From Candidatus Altimarinota bacterium (GTDB taxonomy: Bacteria > Patescibacteriota > Gracilibacteria > UBA1369 > GCA-2718715), in NCBI GenBank assembly GCA_041242255.1, contig JBESAV010000001.1:256001-320000 (forward strand): a DNA stretch of 64,000 bases, given 5' to 3'. The notes below the pieces were generated by a model that worked only from the letters and a program-made list of their open reading frames with translations, was not told the DNA's origin and did not search any database. Position numbers and translations under genes: made by a program. This document shows positions 1 through 9,981 of this stretch, piece by piece. Position 1 is the stretch's first letter. The number at the start of each line of letters is the position of its first letter.

Positions 1-3000
1 AACCCAAATGATCTAACTAGATATTTCGGAGGAATTGTCGGACAATTAAATGGTACCTCATCTGGAGTATATGCAAGAGTTACAAATAGTAATTCCTCAG
101 TCCTAATTAGAAAAGTAGTACTTTATGCTGGTGGTATAGTCGGTTTTGGTACCTATTCTCCTATTCTACAGTCATACAACACTGGTGATATCGAAGTTTT
201 CCAAGGTTACGCCGGAGGTATAGCTGGGTCATTACAAAATGGTAATGCAACTTTCCCAATTGAAGAAGTTTACAATACCGGTGATATATATGGGCAGTTG
301 GACTACATTGGTGGTTTAATTGGTAATATGACTGCTGCTATTCCTATCAATAACTCTTATTCAAGGGGTAACGTAACAGGTGGTGAAAGAATAGGGGGGT
401 TGATTGGTAATGGTTCAAATGCTCTGATTACAAATTCTTATTCAGCAGGGAGAGTAATAGGGGCTGACAATTTCGGTGGTTTTGTTGGAGCTGGTAATGC
501 TTCTACACTATCAACAGATTCGTATTGGGACATTGAAACTTCAAAGCAAATAAATTCTTACGTTGGTACTCCAAAAACAACGGAAGAAATGTACACACCA
601 GCTACCTATTCAACTTGGGATTCAGATACAATCTGGAATATATGTACCGAAAATTATCCAGTTCTACAGTCAGTAGGGGAATCCTGTCCAGTACTAGAGC
701 CTGTAGTTTTTGAAGTTAACACCAATCAAGATACTTCAGACACAAACCTTGGAGATAACTTATGTGAGGATAGTAACGGGAAATGTTCATTAAGGGCAGC
801 CATGGAGGAGTTTGATAGTTTAAACCTAGCTGGAAGAGAAAACAGAATTATATTTAACTTACCAAGTGATCAACTAACTATCCAACTAGATTCGTCATTG
901 CCTACAGTCAACAATCTCCAGATGAACATTAATGCAACCACTCAGTCGGGGTATTTAGGAGCACCAATTGTTGAGATCGATGCCTCTTTAGTTACAGGGT
1001 CTGATCCAATATTCGATTATTCAAACGCAGACTCATCTATTTTACAAGGTTTATCAATATTTGGTTCAACACACGGTGCTAGTGCGATGATTTCTGTATT
1101 AAATTCGGACGACATAATCTTCAAAAATAACTACTTTGGTTTAGATTCACTAGGGCAAGATGGGGGTACAACTTTACCGCTAGCTTTAGAAATAGACAAT
1201 TCTGATCGAACTCTAGTTAAAGATAATATTTTTGCACATCCAGTAGATATTATTGATTCAAACAATATTGAGGCTTCAGACAATATTTTTGAGTTAATAA
1301 ATACAATCTCAAATGACTTCGGTCTACAATTCAGAGATGGAGCCAATGCGTTTATATTTAGAAATGATTTTTATGACATTGCTCGGGCGATTGTCATTCG
1401 AGATGACTCAGCGTCTTTGCCAGTTATTGAAAACAACATCAAAGAAAATGAAGGTACAAACATAACCTTGATGATTGATCTTATTGATGATTCAAATGCC
1501 GACACAATTGGTAAAAATACAAATGACTTAGACGATGCCGATGATGGACCAAATAAGCTTATCAATTCCCCAGAGTTAAGTCAGGTAAGTTATGACAATG
1601 CTACTAGAACTTTAACAATAAACGGTGATTTCAATTCAGAAGATGGAAATTACAGATTTGATTTCTATACCAGTGATGGTAATGACGAATCAAGAAAATA
1701 CATCAATTTCTTTATCGACTCAGTCTTAAACAACAACGTTACTTTCACTAATCAAACCTTACTAATCCCAAGAAGGGATGTGGTTCCAAGTTATATATCA
1801 GCTACAGCTCAAGATACTGATGGTAACACTTCTGAGCACAGTCAGCTTCTAGCTGTAGATTCTATCTTAATTACATCATGTGATCAGTTGGCCGGAGGTA
1901 ATCCTGCTGCTGTCGCAAATCATATTGAAGACGACTACTCAGCTTTTTATAGACTGGCAAACGATATTGATTGTTCTGCTTACACAGGTGGGACTACTTT
2001 TGATCCAATCGGCTCCAACACTTCTGCAGAATACTTCAAAGGAGTTCTAGTAGGTGACGGTTATACTATTTCAAATCTTGAAATTTCAGATGCTGGAACC
2101 TACATCGGTCTATTCGCAAGAACTGAGACAGCAATTATACAAGATGTAAATTTTGAAAATGTAAGTATAAACTGTACCACTAATTCTTCAAACTACTGTG
2201 GTTTAATTACAGGTTATGCCGACCAAACATCAGTAGAAGACATAAATGTCACACAAGGAATAGCACCAGGTGCAAACCCAGTAGGTTTAACAGGTCTTGG
2301 AACATACACAGGTGGTCTTGTTGGTTATACAAGAGCAAGTAATTTCTTAAATATTAATTCTGATCTAGATGTGATCGGTAACACTGCTTCAGATTCATAC
2401 TTTGGAGGTATTGCAGGTTACACATCATATTACAAGCCAACCAACAGAGGTTATATTCCAAATGAATTCCAAAATGTGCATGTAACAGGTGACGTAACTG
2501 GATTTTCATACGTTGGTGGTATAACTGGTAAAGGTGAAGATATAGATATGTTAGATGTTTCATACTCTGGAACAGTTACAGGTTACAGTAGTTATGTCGG
2601 AGGTATATCAGGTTCAGTAAATAGTAGTTCTTTAAGTACTGTTTTAGCTAAGGCTAAGAATGCAACTGTAAATGCAAATATAGTTTCTGGTCCTGGTGGA
2701 AGCGGAAACAGTTACGGTGGAGCCTTCGGTATAGTAAATAATGGTATTTTTGAAAACATTATGGTGACTGGTACGGTTGACGTGGAAGCTCAGACAAGAG
2801 TCGGTGGAGCTTTCGGTAGTTTAAATGGTAATTCTGCCTATGCTGTAAACGATACAATGAGTGCCTCACATCCTTTTTACGCCAAAAATATTACAGCCAA
2901 TGTTGATATTTCAAACTCAAACGGAGATGTAGGTGGTATTGCAGGTTACACAGGATATATGAACTTATCCAACATTAACTACAGCGGTACAATTTCTCAT

Positions 3001-6000
3001 GATTCCCCAGGTGCAAATCATTCAAATATTGCTGGTCTCATAGGTAATGGTACGTATGTTGTAGTAGATGGTGGTTCAGCGACCAGTCCAAATCCAATCA
3101 GCTATGCGACAAATAACTCCGGGGGAGCCTTCGGTAATATACCAAGGTTAGATATTGATGGTATCTCTTCAGATATTTCCCTTCCAAACATCAAATCAAA
3201 TGGTGGTGGTTTAGTCGGTTTAGCTACCTACTTAAATATTTCAAATTCATACGCTACAGGAGATATAGGTGATTCAGCTCTTCAGTCTAGTACAACACGT
3301 TTAGGAGGTCTAGTCGGAGGCTGTACTTCTGCTTTCTGTTATATTACAGATTCATATTCTACAGGTACAGTAGATGCAGACGGTTCCCGAAATGGTGGTA
3401 TTGCAGGAGATTTATCTGCCCCAGATATAGTTATGACAAATGTTTATTCAACTAGTGATATAACAGCTACAGGATTATCTGTAGGTGGTTTAGTCGGTTA
3501 TCTTTCATCAAGCGGTGGAACTGCTACCCTTACCGACACATATGCCACAGGTACTGTAGTCAGTACAATTCAAAATAACATAGGTGCTCTTATAGGGCAG
3601 CATGCAGCTGGTCAGTTAGATATCACAGAGTCTTACACCTCAGGAAATATATCAACCGGTGACTCAAATGGAGTCTCTCATTGTGGAGGTTTAGTTGGTC
3701 TATCTGCAGGAACTTTAAATGTTACAAGGTCATATTCATACGGTTCTTATAGTTGTCAGTCCCTAGGTTCTACTGGAAGTCCACATGGTTTCGGTGGTTT
3801 AGTAGGGGAGATGGCTACAGGTAGCATTCTGGATTCATATTCTCATGCAAATATTACAGCCAATTACGACAGTGGTTTCACAAGTGATGATAGTTATCTA
3901 GGTGGACTAGTTGGTAACATTACAGGTGCTACTACAGTAACAGATTCATATTCTACCGGTTCAATCACTTCCCTTTACTCTCCACCAGATCCAGCCGATG
4001 ATCCTGTTATTGGTGGATTAGTTGGTAACGCTCCATCCACTACATTTACAGATTCTTTCTGGGATACTCAAACTTCAGGAATTCTAACCTCAGCCGGAGG
4101 GACCGGTAAGTTAACGTCTGAAATGCAAGATCAAGACACCTTTACTACAGGGGGGCCTGATTGGGACTTTACGACTACTTGGGAGATGTGTGCCGGTGGT
4201 GGATACCCAACTCATCAATGGATGAATTATTGTCCACTCGACAACCCATATACTTTCGAAGTAAATACAACTAATGATACAGAAGACTCAGAACTTGGTG
4301 ACAGGACATGTCTCGACATCGCAGGGAACTGTTCATTAAGGGCTGCATTACAAGAAATGGCATTCATGCAAGCCAACGAACAAGAGTCTGTCAGTTATGA
4401 AATAAACTTTAACATCCCAGGTGTTGGACCGCACAATATTCAGCTGGATTCAACATTAGGTTACTTAGATACATTGAGTGGATTAACAAACCTCACAATC
4501 AATGGTGAGTCTGAACCAGACTTTACTTCTTCTCCAGTTGTTTATATTGATTCAACCGAGGTCAATTCTCCTGGTTCAAGTATCTTAAGCCTTGATGAGA
4601 CAACTAATACTGTCATCCAGGGGCTTGGGTTCATAAACTTCAACGAATCTTCAGATTCAATCCTAAATATAGCAAATTCAAACAATATAACTTTGGATAA
4701 TCTTCGCCTTGGTATCAATAGCTCAGGTCAAGACGACGGAGTCACAAGCGGAAGTGCAAGATCTATTTTATTCTCAAATACGAGTGGGTCTACCTTACAA
4801 GATTCTAGCCTTTCTAGATCGATCAGTATCGAGTCAGCTTCGGCAAACAATACTATTCAAAATAATAGTCTAAATCTAACTAATTCTACACAACCAGAAG
4901 GAGTTTATGTCTTAAATTCAAGCAATAACACTGTTTTCTCTAACACCTTCAGCTCTGTAAGTAAAGCAATGGTAGTAAACGAGGAGACAGGACAGTCAGC
5001 CATAAATAACACTCTTTCACAAAATACAGCTCAAGGAGTCACTACAAGAGTAATCGAGCTTCAAGTTGATGGCTCACCAGCAGCTAATACAAATGACATT
5101 GCTCAAGATCTTGATAACGGAGCTAACACTCTTCTAAATTTCCCTGTTATTTCAGACTCAACCTACAACGGTGTAGCAGACACCCTAAACATACAAGGTA
5201 CAGTAGAGACCGCTAATGCGGCTGACTACTACATTGAGTTTTATGAGTCAGATGGTGATACAGACGAAGCTCTTTCTTATCTAGGCGCTTCAGCTCCATT
5301 CACAGTATCAGGTAATCTATATAACTTTGATGTAACTCTTAATGGAATAACTTCAATTCCTTTAAATGTAACCTCAATCTTAATCGACTCATCAGGTAAT
5401 ACTTCACAACACAGTGCTGATATTAGCCTAAATGAGCCTCCAACCGATATTCAGATATCAAATGACACAGTTGATGAAACACCAGAAGGTGGTCCTTTCG
5501 ACACTGCAACAGTTGGAGTACTTACAACAACTGATGCTGATGTAGATGCTACTCATACCTACGAAGTCATTTCTGTTGACGGTGATACTGAATCAACAAT
5601 CTTCTCAATAGGAGGTCTAGGTGATTCGCTTATCCAGAACGTACCTTTTGATTATGAAACTAAGACTTCATACAGTGTTCTAATCAGAACAACTGACAAC
5701 AACGGAGTTTCATACCAAGAGTCTCTGACTATTCAGGTCAATGACTTAAATGATGTCTCTCCTGATCTTACTCCTGAAAACTTCAGCGTAAACGAAGACA
5801 ATGCTGATCCTCAAGCTACATTAACCGTAACAGACCCAGACACAGTCGGGACAGTCTCACTGACAATAACCGGTGGTGCCGATCAAGATGACTTTGAGTT
5901 AACCGATAATACATTAAGCTTCAAAGCAGCATCCTTGCCTTTAGATTTCGAAACAAAGTCATCTTATACCGTACAAGTTACTGCTTCTGACGGAGTTAAC

Positions 6001-8394
6001 ACTGACGATACGGAATCATTCACCTTCAATATTCAAGATGTTAACGAAGCTCCAACTGTCGTTAGTCCAGTTGGTGACTTCGCAGTTGATCAAGGTTCTC
6101 CTATCGCAGCAGTAGACGCTTCATCAATATTCGATGATCAAGACGCAGGTGCAAATGGTACTCTTACTTACACAGCTACACTTGCTGATACAAATCCGTT
6201 ACCAGATTGGTTGTCCTTTGATGGTACGACCTTAACAGGTGCTCCAGCCAACCAAGACGTAGGGATAACATCAATAAGGATTACAGCTCAGGACACAGGT
6301 GGATTATCCATAAGCGATACCTTTGATATAACAGTCAATAACATTAATGACGCACCTGTTGTAGAGGATCAAAACTTAGGTTCCATCCCTGAAAACACAG
6401 CTGTTTCGACAGTAGTTGGTACAGTCACAGCACTAGACCCAGATACTCCATACGGTGATACAATTTCATTCTCTATCACAGGTGGAAACACAGATTTAAA
6501 TGCTAACGAAACTTTCCCGTTCTCGATCGATTCAAGTTCAGGTGTTATTACGGTCGCTGATCCTGACGATCTAGATTTCGAAACTCAAGCAACATTCTTA
6601 CTAACAGTTACTGTTACTGATGATGGTGCAGGAAATCTATCTGATTCAGCAACTATTACCATAACCATAACTGATGCTGATGACGAAGCTCCAGTGTTTA
6701 CAACACCAGCTACATTGTCTATTCAAGAAAATGAAACTTCTATAGCAACTATTGAGTCAACAGACGTAGATACTATTGGGACAGTTCCGACATACTCAAT
6801 AACTGGTGGGCCAGATCAAGATCTGTTTACTCTAAACGAAGCCACAAACGAGTTAAGCTTTATCACAGCTCCGGATTTTGAAATCCCAACCGATGCAAAT
6901 TCCGACAGTATTTACCAAGTTGAAATAACAGCTGAAGATATAAGCGAAAATCAATCAACTCAACTCTTCTCAATCCAGGTGTCAGACCTTGAAGAGACAA
7001 CTCCTTCAAGCTCCGGTTCAGCAGGTGGAACAGGTTCAACTTCATCTCCTTTCGGAGGTTCAGATTCAGGTGATGGATCTGATTCAGGGGTGGACCAGTC
7101 TGATGACTCACAGGAAGAGTCGACTGAAGACGCTACTGACGAGCAAACTCCAGAAGAAATAGACGAAGATACGCCTGAAGACGAAACCGTAGAGGGTGAT
7201 CAAGAAGAGTCAGAAGATTCCTCTCCAGACAATGTCCAAGAGGCAGTTGATGAAGGTCAGGACGAGTCTGCCGATGACTCTAGCAGTCAAACTTCAGACA
7301 GTAGTTCTTCTGATGATTCAAACCAAGATCAAGATGATGAAAACGATCAAGAGACACCTGAAGACGACAATGAGTCTGACCAAGATTCAGACCAAGGCGA
7401 CGATGATGACAGTGATGATGAATCAAATCAACAGCAGCAACAACAAAACAATTCATCAGGAGGTGGATCAAGTTCCTCAGGTGGAGGAGGTGGAAGACCA
7501 GCTTACGTTAGGCCTCCAGTTCAAAGGTTCTCATGTGATGACATTGATTCAATCAATTTCGATGAGTTTGACTTTGCTGAGCTAGACTGTGATCCATTAC
7601 TAGCAAATCTTCCTGAGCCAGAATCCGATGAATCTAGAATTTCCCTAAATCTTGCTCAATCAAGCCCTACCAGCTTCCCAGATGAAAACTTCTACATCAC
7701 AGGTAAGGTCTTCAATGTTGAAGATGTTTCAGAGGTAGAGGTGTACGCTGAGGTAAATGAAGGCAATAACATTATCCTCGGTCAGGCAGAAGTAGATGAT
7801 TTCGGTAACTTCTCATTACTAAATAGAACTCCAGTTCCAAAAGATACTGACTTCCAGATTAAGGCTAGAGCAATAGTACAAAACCAACAAGTTGAATCAG
7901 ACGAGTACTCTGTTCGATTATCAGGTGATCAACTCCCTCCAATCCCAACAGAGCTTATAACCTTTACCAATAAATCAGCAGAAAGCTTGATTCAAAACGA
8001 AGACGGTTACTTCACCTTTGTAAATACTGAAGAGTTACTAAATGGCTTAGAGGTTAGAGTCGAGTCAAAATTCAGAACTAAACATAACGTTTACTGGAAT
8101 AGTATACTTATAGGATCAACAGCAATCACTGGTTCCAACTCAAATCAAACCACAATCTACGCTCCAGAGTCAGTTGTAGAAAGCATTGAGCCTTTCAGCA
8201 GGCATAAGGTAACTATCGTAGCAGAAAGCTTAGATAATCCTGATCAAAAAGGTACACCATTAGTTATAAACTATATATACGTACCTACTGGCGCTTACTA
8301 CACAGCTTACATACTTATAGCTCTTGTTCTCTTCATATCATTAGCTAGAAGATTGAAGAAGAAAAAAGACAAACCCGAGTTAGATCAAATCTAA
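1..8394 (+). CDS. Giant surface adhesin-like protein, 5'-partial (GLUG repeats, CSLREA/beta-helix modules, cadherin-like and putative Ig repeats, acidic linker, C-terminal TM anchor)
   Basis: The frame is open from base 1 (NPNDLTRYFGGIVGQLNG...), so the TTG at 298 is not the true start. It has many GGLVG/GGIAG repeats, two CSLRAA motifs, cadherin-like DYETK/DFET..Y and DxNEAP motifs, and the LPDWLSFDG Ig-like motif. It ends in a hydrophobic helix followed by RRLKKKK. Confidence 0.85.
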   Translation, partial: NPNDLTRYFGGIVGQLNGTSSGVYARVTNSNSSVLIRKVVLYAGGIVGFGTYSPILQSYNTGDIEVFQGYAGGIAGSLQNGNATFPIEEVYNTGDIYGQLDYIGGLIGNMTAAIPINNSYSRGNVTGGERIGGLIGNGSNALITNSYSAGRVIGADNFGGFVGAGNASTLSTDSYWDIETSKQINSYVGTPKTTEEMYTPATYSTWDSDTIWNICTENYPVLQSVGESCPVLEPVVFEVNTNQDTSDTNLGDNLCEDSNGKCSLRAAMEEFDSLNLAGRENRIIFNLPSDQLTIQLDSSLPTVNNLQMNINATTQSGYLGAPIVEIDASLVTGSDPIFDYSNADSSILQGLSIFGSTHGASAMISVLNSDDIIFKNNYFGLDSLGQDGGTTLPLALEIDNSDRTLVKDNIFAHPVDIIDSNNIEASDNIFELINTISNDFGLQFRDGANAFIFRNDFYDIARAIVIRDDSASLPVIENNIKENEGTNITLMIDLIDDSNADTIGKNTNDLDDADDGPNKLINSPELSQVSYDNATRTLTINGDFNSEDGNYRFDFYTSDGNDESRKYINFFIDSVLNNNVTFTNQTLLIPRRDVVPSYISATAQDTDGNTSEHSQLLAVDSILITSCDQLAGGNPAAVANHIEDDYSAFYRLANDIDCSAYTGGTTFDPIGSNTSAEYFKGVLVGDGYTISNLEISDAGTYIGLFARTETAIIQDVNFENVSINCTTNSSNYCGLITGYADQTSVEDINVTQGIAPGANPVGLTGLGTYTGGLVGYTRASNFLNINSDLDVIGNTASDSYFGGIAGYTSYYKPTNRGYIPNEFQNVHVTGDVTGFSYVGGITGKGEDIDMLDVSYSGTVTGYSSYVGGISGSVNSSSLSTVLAKAKNATVNANIVSGPGGSGNSYGGAFGIVNNGIFENIMVTGTVDVEAQTRVGGAFGSLNGNSAYAVNDTMSASHPFYAKNITANVDISNSNGDVGGIAGYTGYMNLSNINYSGTISHDSPGANHSNIAGLIGNGTYVVVDGGSATSPNPISYATNNSGGAFGNIPRLDIDGISSDISLPNIKSNGGGLVGLATYLNISNSYATGDIGDSALQSSTTRLGGLVGGCTSAFCYITDSYSTGTVDADGSRNGGIAGDLSAPDIVMTNVYSTSDITATGLSVGGLVGYLSSSGGTATLTDTYATGTVVSTIQNNIGALIGQHAAGQLDITESYTSGNISTGDSNGVSHCGGLVGLSAGTLNVTRSYSYGSYSCQSLGSTGSPHGFGGLVGEMATGSILDSYSHANITANYDSGFTSDDSYLGGLVGNITGATTVTDSYSTGSITSLYSPPDPADDPVIGGLVGNAPSTTFTDSFWDTQTSGILTSAGGTGKLTSEMQDQDTFTTGGPDWDFTTTWEMCAGGGYPTHQWMNYCPLDNPYTFEVNTTNDTEDSELGDRTCLDIAGNCSLRAALQEMAFMQANEQESVSYEINFNIPGVGPHNIQLDSTLGYLDTLSGLTNLTINGESEPDFTSSPVVYIDSTEVNSPGSSILSLDETTNTVIQGLGFINFNESSDSILNIANSNNITLDNLRLGINSSGQDDGVTSGSARSILFSNTSGSTLQDSSLSRSISIESASANNTIQNNSLNLTNSTQPEGVYVLNSSNNTVFSNTFSSVSKAMVVNEETGQSAINNTLSQNTAQGVTTRVIELQVDGSPAANTNDIAQDLDNGANTLLNFPVISDSTYNGVADTLNIQGTVETANAADYYIEFYESDGDTDEALSYLGASAPFTVSGNLYNFDVTLNGITSIPLNVTSILIDSSGNTSQHSADISLNEPPTDIQISNDTVDETPEGGPFDTATVGVLTTTDADVDATHTYEVISVDGDTESTIFSIGGLGDSLIQNVPFDYETKTSYSVLIRTTDNNGVSYQESLTIQVNDLNDVSPDLTPENFSVNEDNADPQATLTVTDPDTVGTVSLTITGGADQDDFELTDNTLSFKAASLPLDFETKSSYTVQVTASDGVNTDDTESFTFNIQDVNEAPTVVSPVGDFAVDQGSPIAAVDASSIFDDQDAGANGTLTYTATLADTNPLPDWLSFDGTTLTGAPANQDVGITSIRITAQDTGGLSISDTFDITVNNINDAPVVEDQNLGSIPENTAVSTVVGTVTALDPDTPYGDTISFSITGGNTDLNANETFPFSIDSSSGVITVADPDDLDFETQATFLLTVTVTDDGAGNLSDSATITITITDADDEAPVFTTPATLSIQENETSIATIESTDVDTIGTVPTYSITGGPDQDLFTLNEATNELSFITAPDFEIPTDANSDSIYQVEITAEDISENQSTQLFSIQVSDLEETTPSSSGSAGGTGSTSSPFGGSDSGDGSDSGVDQSDDSQEESTEDATDEQTPEEIDEDTPEDETVEGDQEESEDSSPDNVQEAVDEGQDESADDSSSQTSDSSSSDDSNQDQDDENDQETPEDDNESDQDSDQGDDDDSDDESNQQQQQQNNSSGGGSSSSGGGGGRPAYVRPPVQRFSCDDIDSINFDEFDFAELDCDPLLANLPEPESDESRISLNLAQSSPTSFPDENFYITGKVFNVEDVSEVEVYAEVNEGNNIILGQAEVDDFGNFSLLNRTPVPKDTDFQIKARAIVQNQQVESDEYSVRLSGDQLPPIPTELITFTNKSAESLIQNEDGYFTFVNTEELLNGLEVRVESKFRTKHNVYWNSILIGSTAITGSNSNQTTIYAPESVVESIEPFSRHKVTIVAESLDNPDQKGTPLVINYIYVPTGAYYTAYILIALVLFISLARRLKKKKDKPELDQI

Positions 8395-8398
8395 TCAC

Positions 8399-8423
8399 AA
8401 GGACCTCTCCGGAGGTCCTTTTT
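8399..8423 (+). terminator. Intrinsic terminator
   Basis: AAGGACCTC-TCCG-GAGGTCCTT followed by a T-run, 4 nt after the stop codon. Confidence 0.85.
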
Positions 8424-8424
8424 C

Positions 8425-8452
8425 TTGATATTTACAGTCATATACATACAAT
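8425..8452 (+). promoter_or_regulatory. Sigma70-type promoter of dnaJ
   Basis: TTGATA-16 nt-TACAAT. Confidence 0.55.
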
Positions 8453-8477
8453 AGCACTCAGTAAATATAAGTGCCAA
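8451..8477 (+). promoter_or_regulatory. CIRCE element (HrcA operator)
   Basis: ATAGCACTC-N9-AAGTGCCAA versus consensus TTAGCACTC-N9-GAGTGCTAA, between the -10 box and the dnaJ ATG. Confidence 0.85.
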
Positions 8478-8479
8478 AA

Positions 8480-9598
8480 ATGTCACAAGACTTTTATAAA
8501 CAACTCGGTGTAGAAAAAGGCGCCTCTCAAGACCAGATCAAAAAAGCCTATCGAAGAATGGCCAACAAATACCATCCCGATAAAAATAAAGGTGACAAGT
8601 CAGCCGAAGAAAAATTCAAAAAGGTATCAGAAGCCTACGAAACTCTTTCAGATCCTCAAAAAAGAAAGATGTATGATCAGTTCGGTTCAGCTGGAGCCCA
8701 AGGTCAAAGAGGTGGTTTTGGAGGTTTTAATGCCCAAGACTTTGCCAGTCAGTTTAATGGCGCGGAGAACTTCGCCGATATATTTGAAAGTTTTTTTGGA
8801 GGTGGTTTTTCTGGGTCAAGAAGAGCTGGTAAAAAGAAAGACCCACGCATACCCGGTGAAGATATAGAGAAGGTTATTCAGGTTGATTTTAAAGACTCTA
8901 TTTTCGGAATTGAAAAAGAGATCAAATATCGCAAGATCATTAAGTGCGAACTTTGCCATGGTAGTGGTGTAGAGCCAGGTCACAAGTTAAACACTTGTGA
9001 GACCTGCTCAGGACAAGGGGTTATTCAAGAAGTTAAAAGGAGCCTACTCGGTCAGGTTATGTCTACTAGAACCTGCCCGACTTGTAATGGGTCCGGACAA
9101 GTCCCAGAGAAAAAATGCACCAAGTGTAATGGGCATAAGAGACATGCTATCGATAAAAAGATGAAAGTGAAAATCCCTAAGGGAATATACGATGGAGCAG
9201 TTATGAGAATAGCCTCAGCCGGAAACGAAGGGGTTGATGCTCCTAATGGAGATTTGTTTATTAAAGTACAGGTTAAACCCCACAAAGTGTTTACTCGCCA
9301 AGGTAATGACATACATTCTGAGTTGGCAGTTCCATATTGGCTGGCAGTGCTCGGTGGTGAGATAGAATCAGAGTCCGTTTATGGTAAAGAGTCTGTTAAA
9401 ATTCCGTCAGGTACACAAGATGGTTTTCAGATTAATCTTAAAGATAAAGGAGCTCCAAGTTTAAACAACGACTCAAAGGGCAGCCATGTTTTTAATGTAA
9501 AAATCGAAATCCCCAAAAAAGTATCTTCCAAAGAGAAAAAGTTACTCAAAGAAATACAGGAACTCAATGGAGGAAAGGCTAAAGGTCTCTGGGGGTAG
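8480..9598 (+). CDS. dnaJ: Chaperone DnaJ
   Basis: J domain with HPD, a G/F-rich region and four CxxCxG repeats. ATG 8480 (MSQDFY) is preferred over GTG 8471, which lies inside the CIRCE. Confidence 0.97.
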   Translation: MSQDFYKQLGVEKGASQDQIKKAYRRMANKYHPDKNKGDKSAEEKFKKVSEAYETLSDPQKRKMYDQFGSAGAQGQRGGFGGFNAQDFASQFNGAENFADIFESFFGGGFSGSRRAGKKKDPRIPGEDIEKVIQVDFKDSIFGIEKEIKYRKIIKCELCHGSGVEPGHKLNTCETCSGQGVIQEVKRSLLGQVMSTRTCPTCNGSGQVPEKKCTKCNGHKRHAIDKKMKVKIPKGIYDGAVMRIASAGNEGVDAPNGDLFIKVQVKPHKVFTRQGNDIHSELAVPYWLAVLGGEIESESVYGKESVKIPSGTQDGFQINLKDKGAPSLNNDSKGSHVFNVKIEIPKKVSSKEKKLLKEIQELNGGKAKGLWG

Positions 9599-9658
9599 TT
9601 TGGTTAGTCAGTTTAAAAGTTTTTTTGTAACAAATTATCAAAAAACTCGTATAACATG

Positions 9659-9687
9659 GTGACAAGCCAAAAAAGCTTTGCTAAGAT
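9659..9687 (+). promoter_or_regulatory. Candidate promoter P1 of the S-layer gene
   Basis: GTGACA-17 nt-TAAGAT with extended -10 TG. Confidence 0.55.
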
Positions 9688-9733
9688 TGACTAGTCAGTT
9701 TCCGGTAATTGTTGTGGAGTAAGATCCATTGCT

Positions 9734-9762
9734 TTGACACTCTCTGATCGCATTGATAGATT
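9734..9762 (+). promoter_or_regulatory. Candidate promoter P2 of the S-layer gene
   Basis: TTGACA-17 nt-TAGATT with extended -10 TG. Confidence 0.65.
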
Positions 9763-9840
9763 CGAATCACTTAAAAATCAGCAGAGATACAAAAACGCAT
9801 TAAGACTTGATACTTCCGTTCATTGAAATATAGATAAAAA

Positions 9841-9929
9841 GAGAGAATCAAACTCTCCCAAAAATAAACTATTTCAAAAAAGTTTTGTCATGGTTGGGCA
9901 ATTGCCCAAGTCTAGTTACCAAGACAAAA
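9841..9929 (+). other. Structured 5' leader hairpins upstream of the S-layer gene
   Basis: GAGAG/CTCTC hairpin at 9841-9857. Nested stems TTTTGTC/GACAAAA and TGGT/ACCA enclose the perfect palindrome TTGGGCAATTGCCCAA (9894-9909). Confidence 0.55.
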
Positions 9930-9981
9930 TTCTGATTATACAAAACTAAGACAAATATAATTTAATATATAAGAGTCAATT

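Noticed and set aside
6990-7500. CRISPR array or DNA tandem repeat in the repetitive-looking regions (also 41090-41260)
   Set aside because: The repetition is codon-level low complexity inside ORFs; there is no constant repeat-spacer pattern and no cas gene
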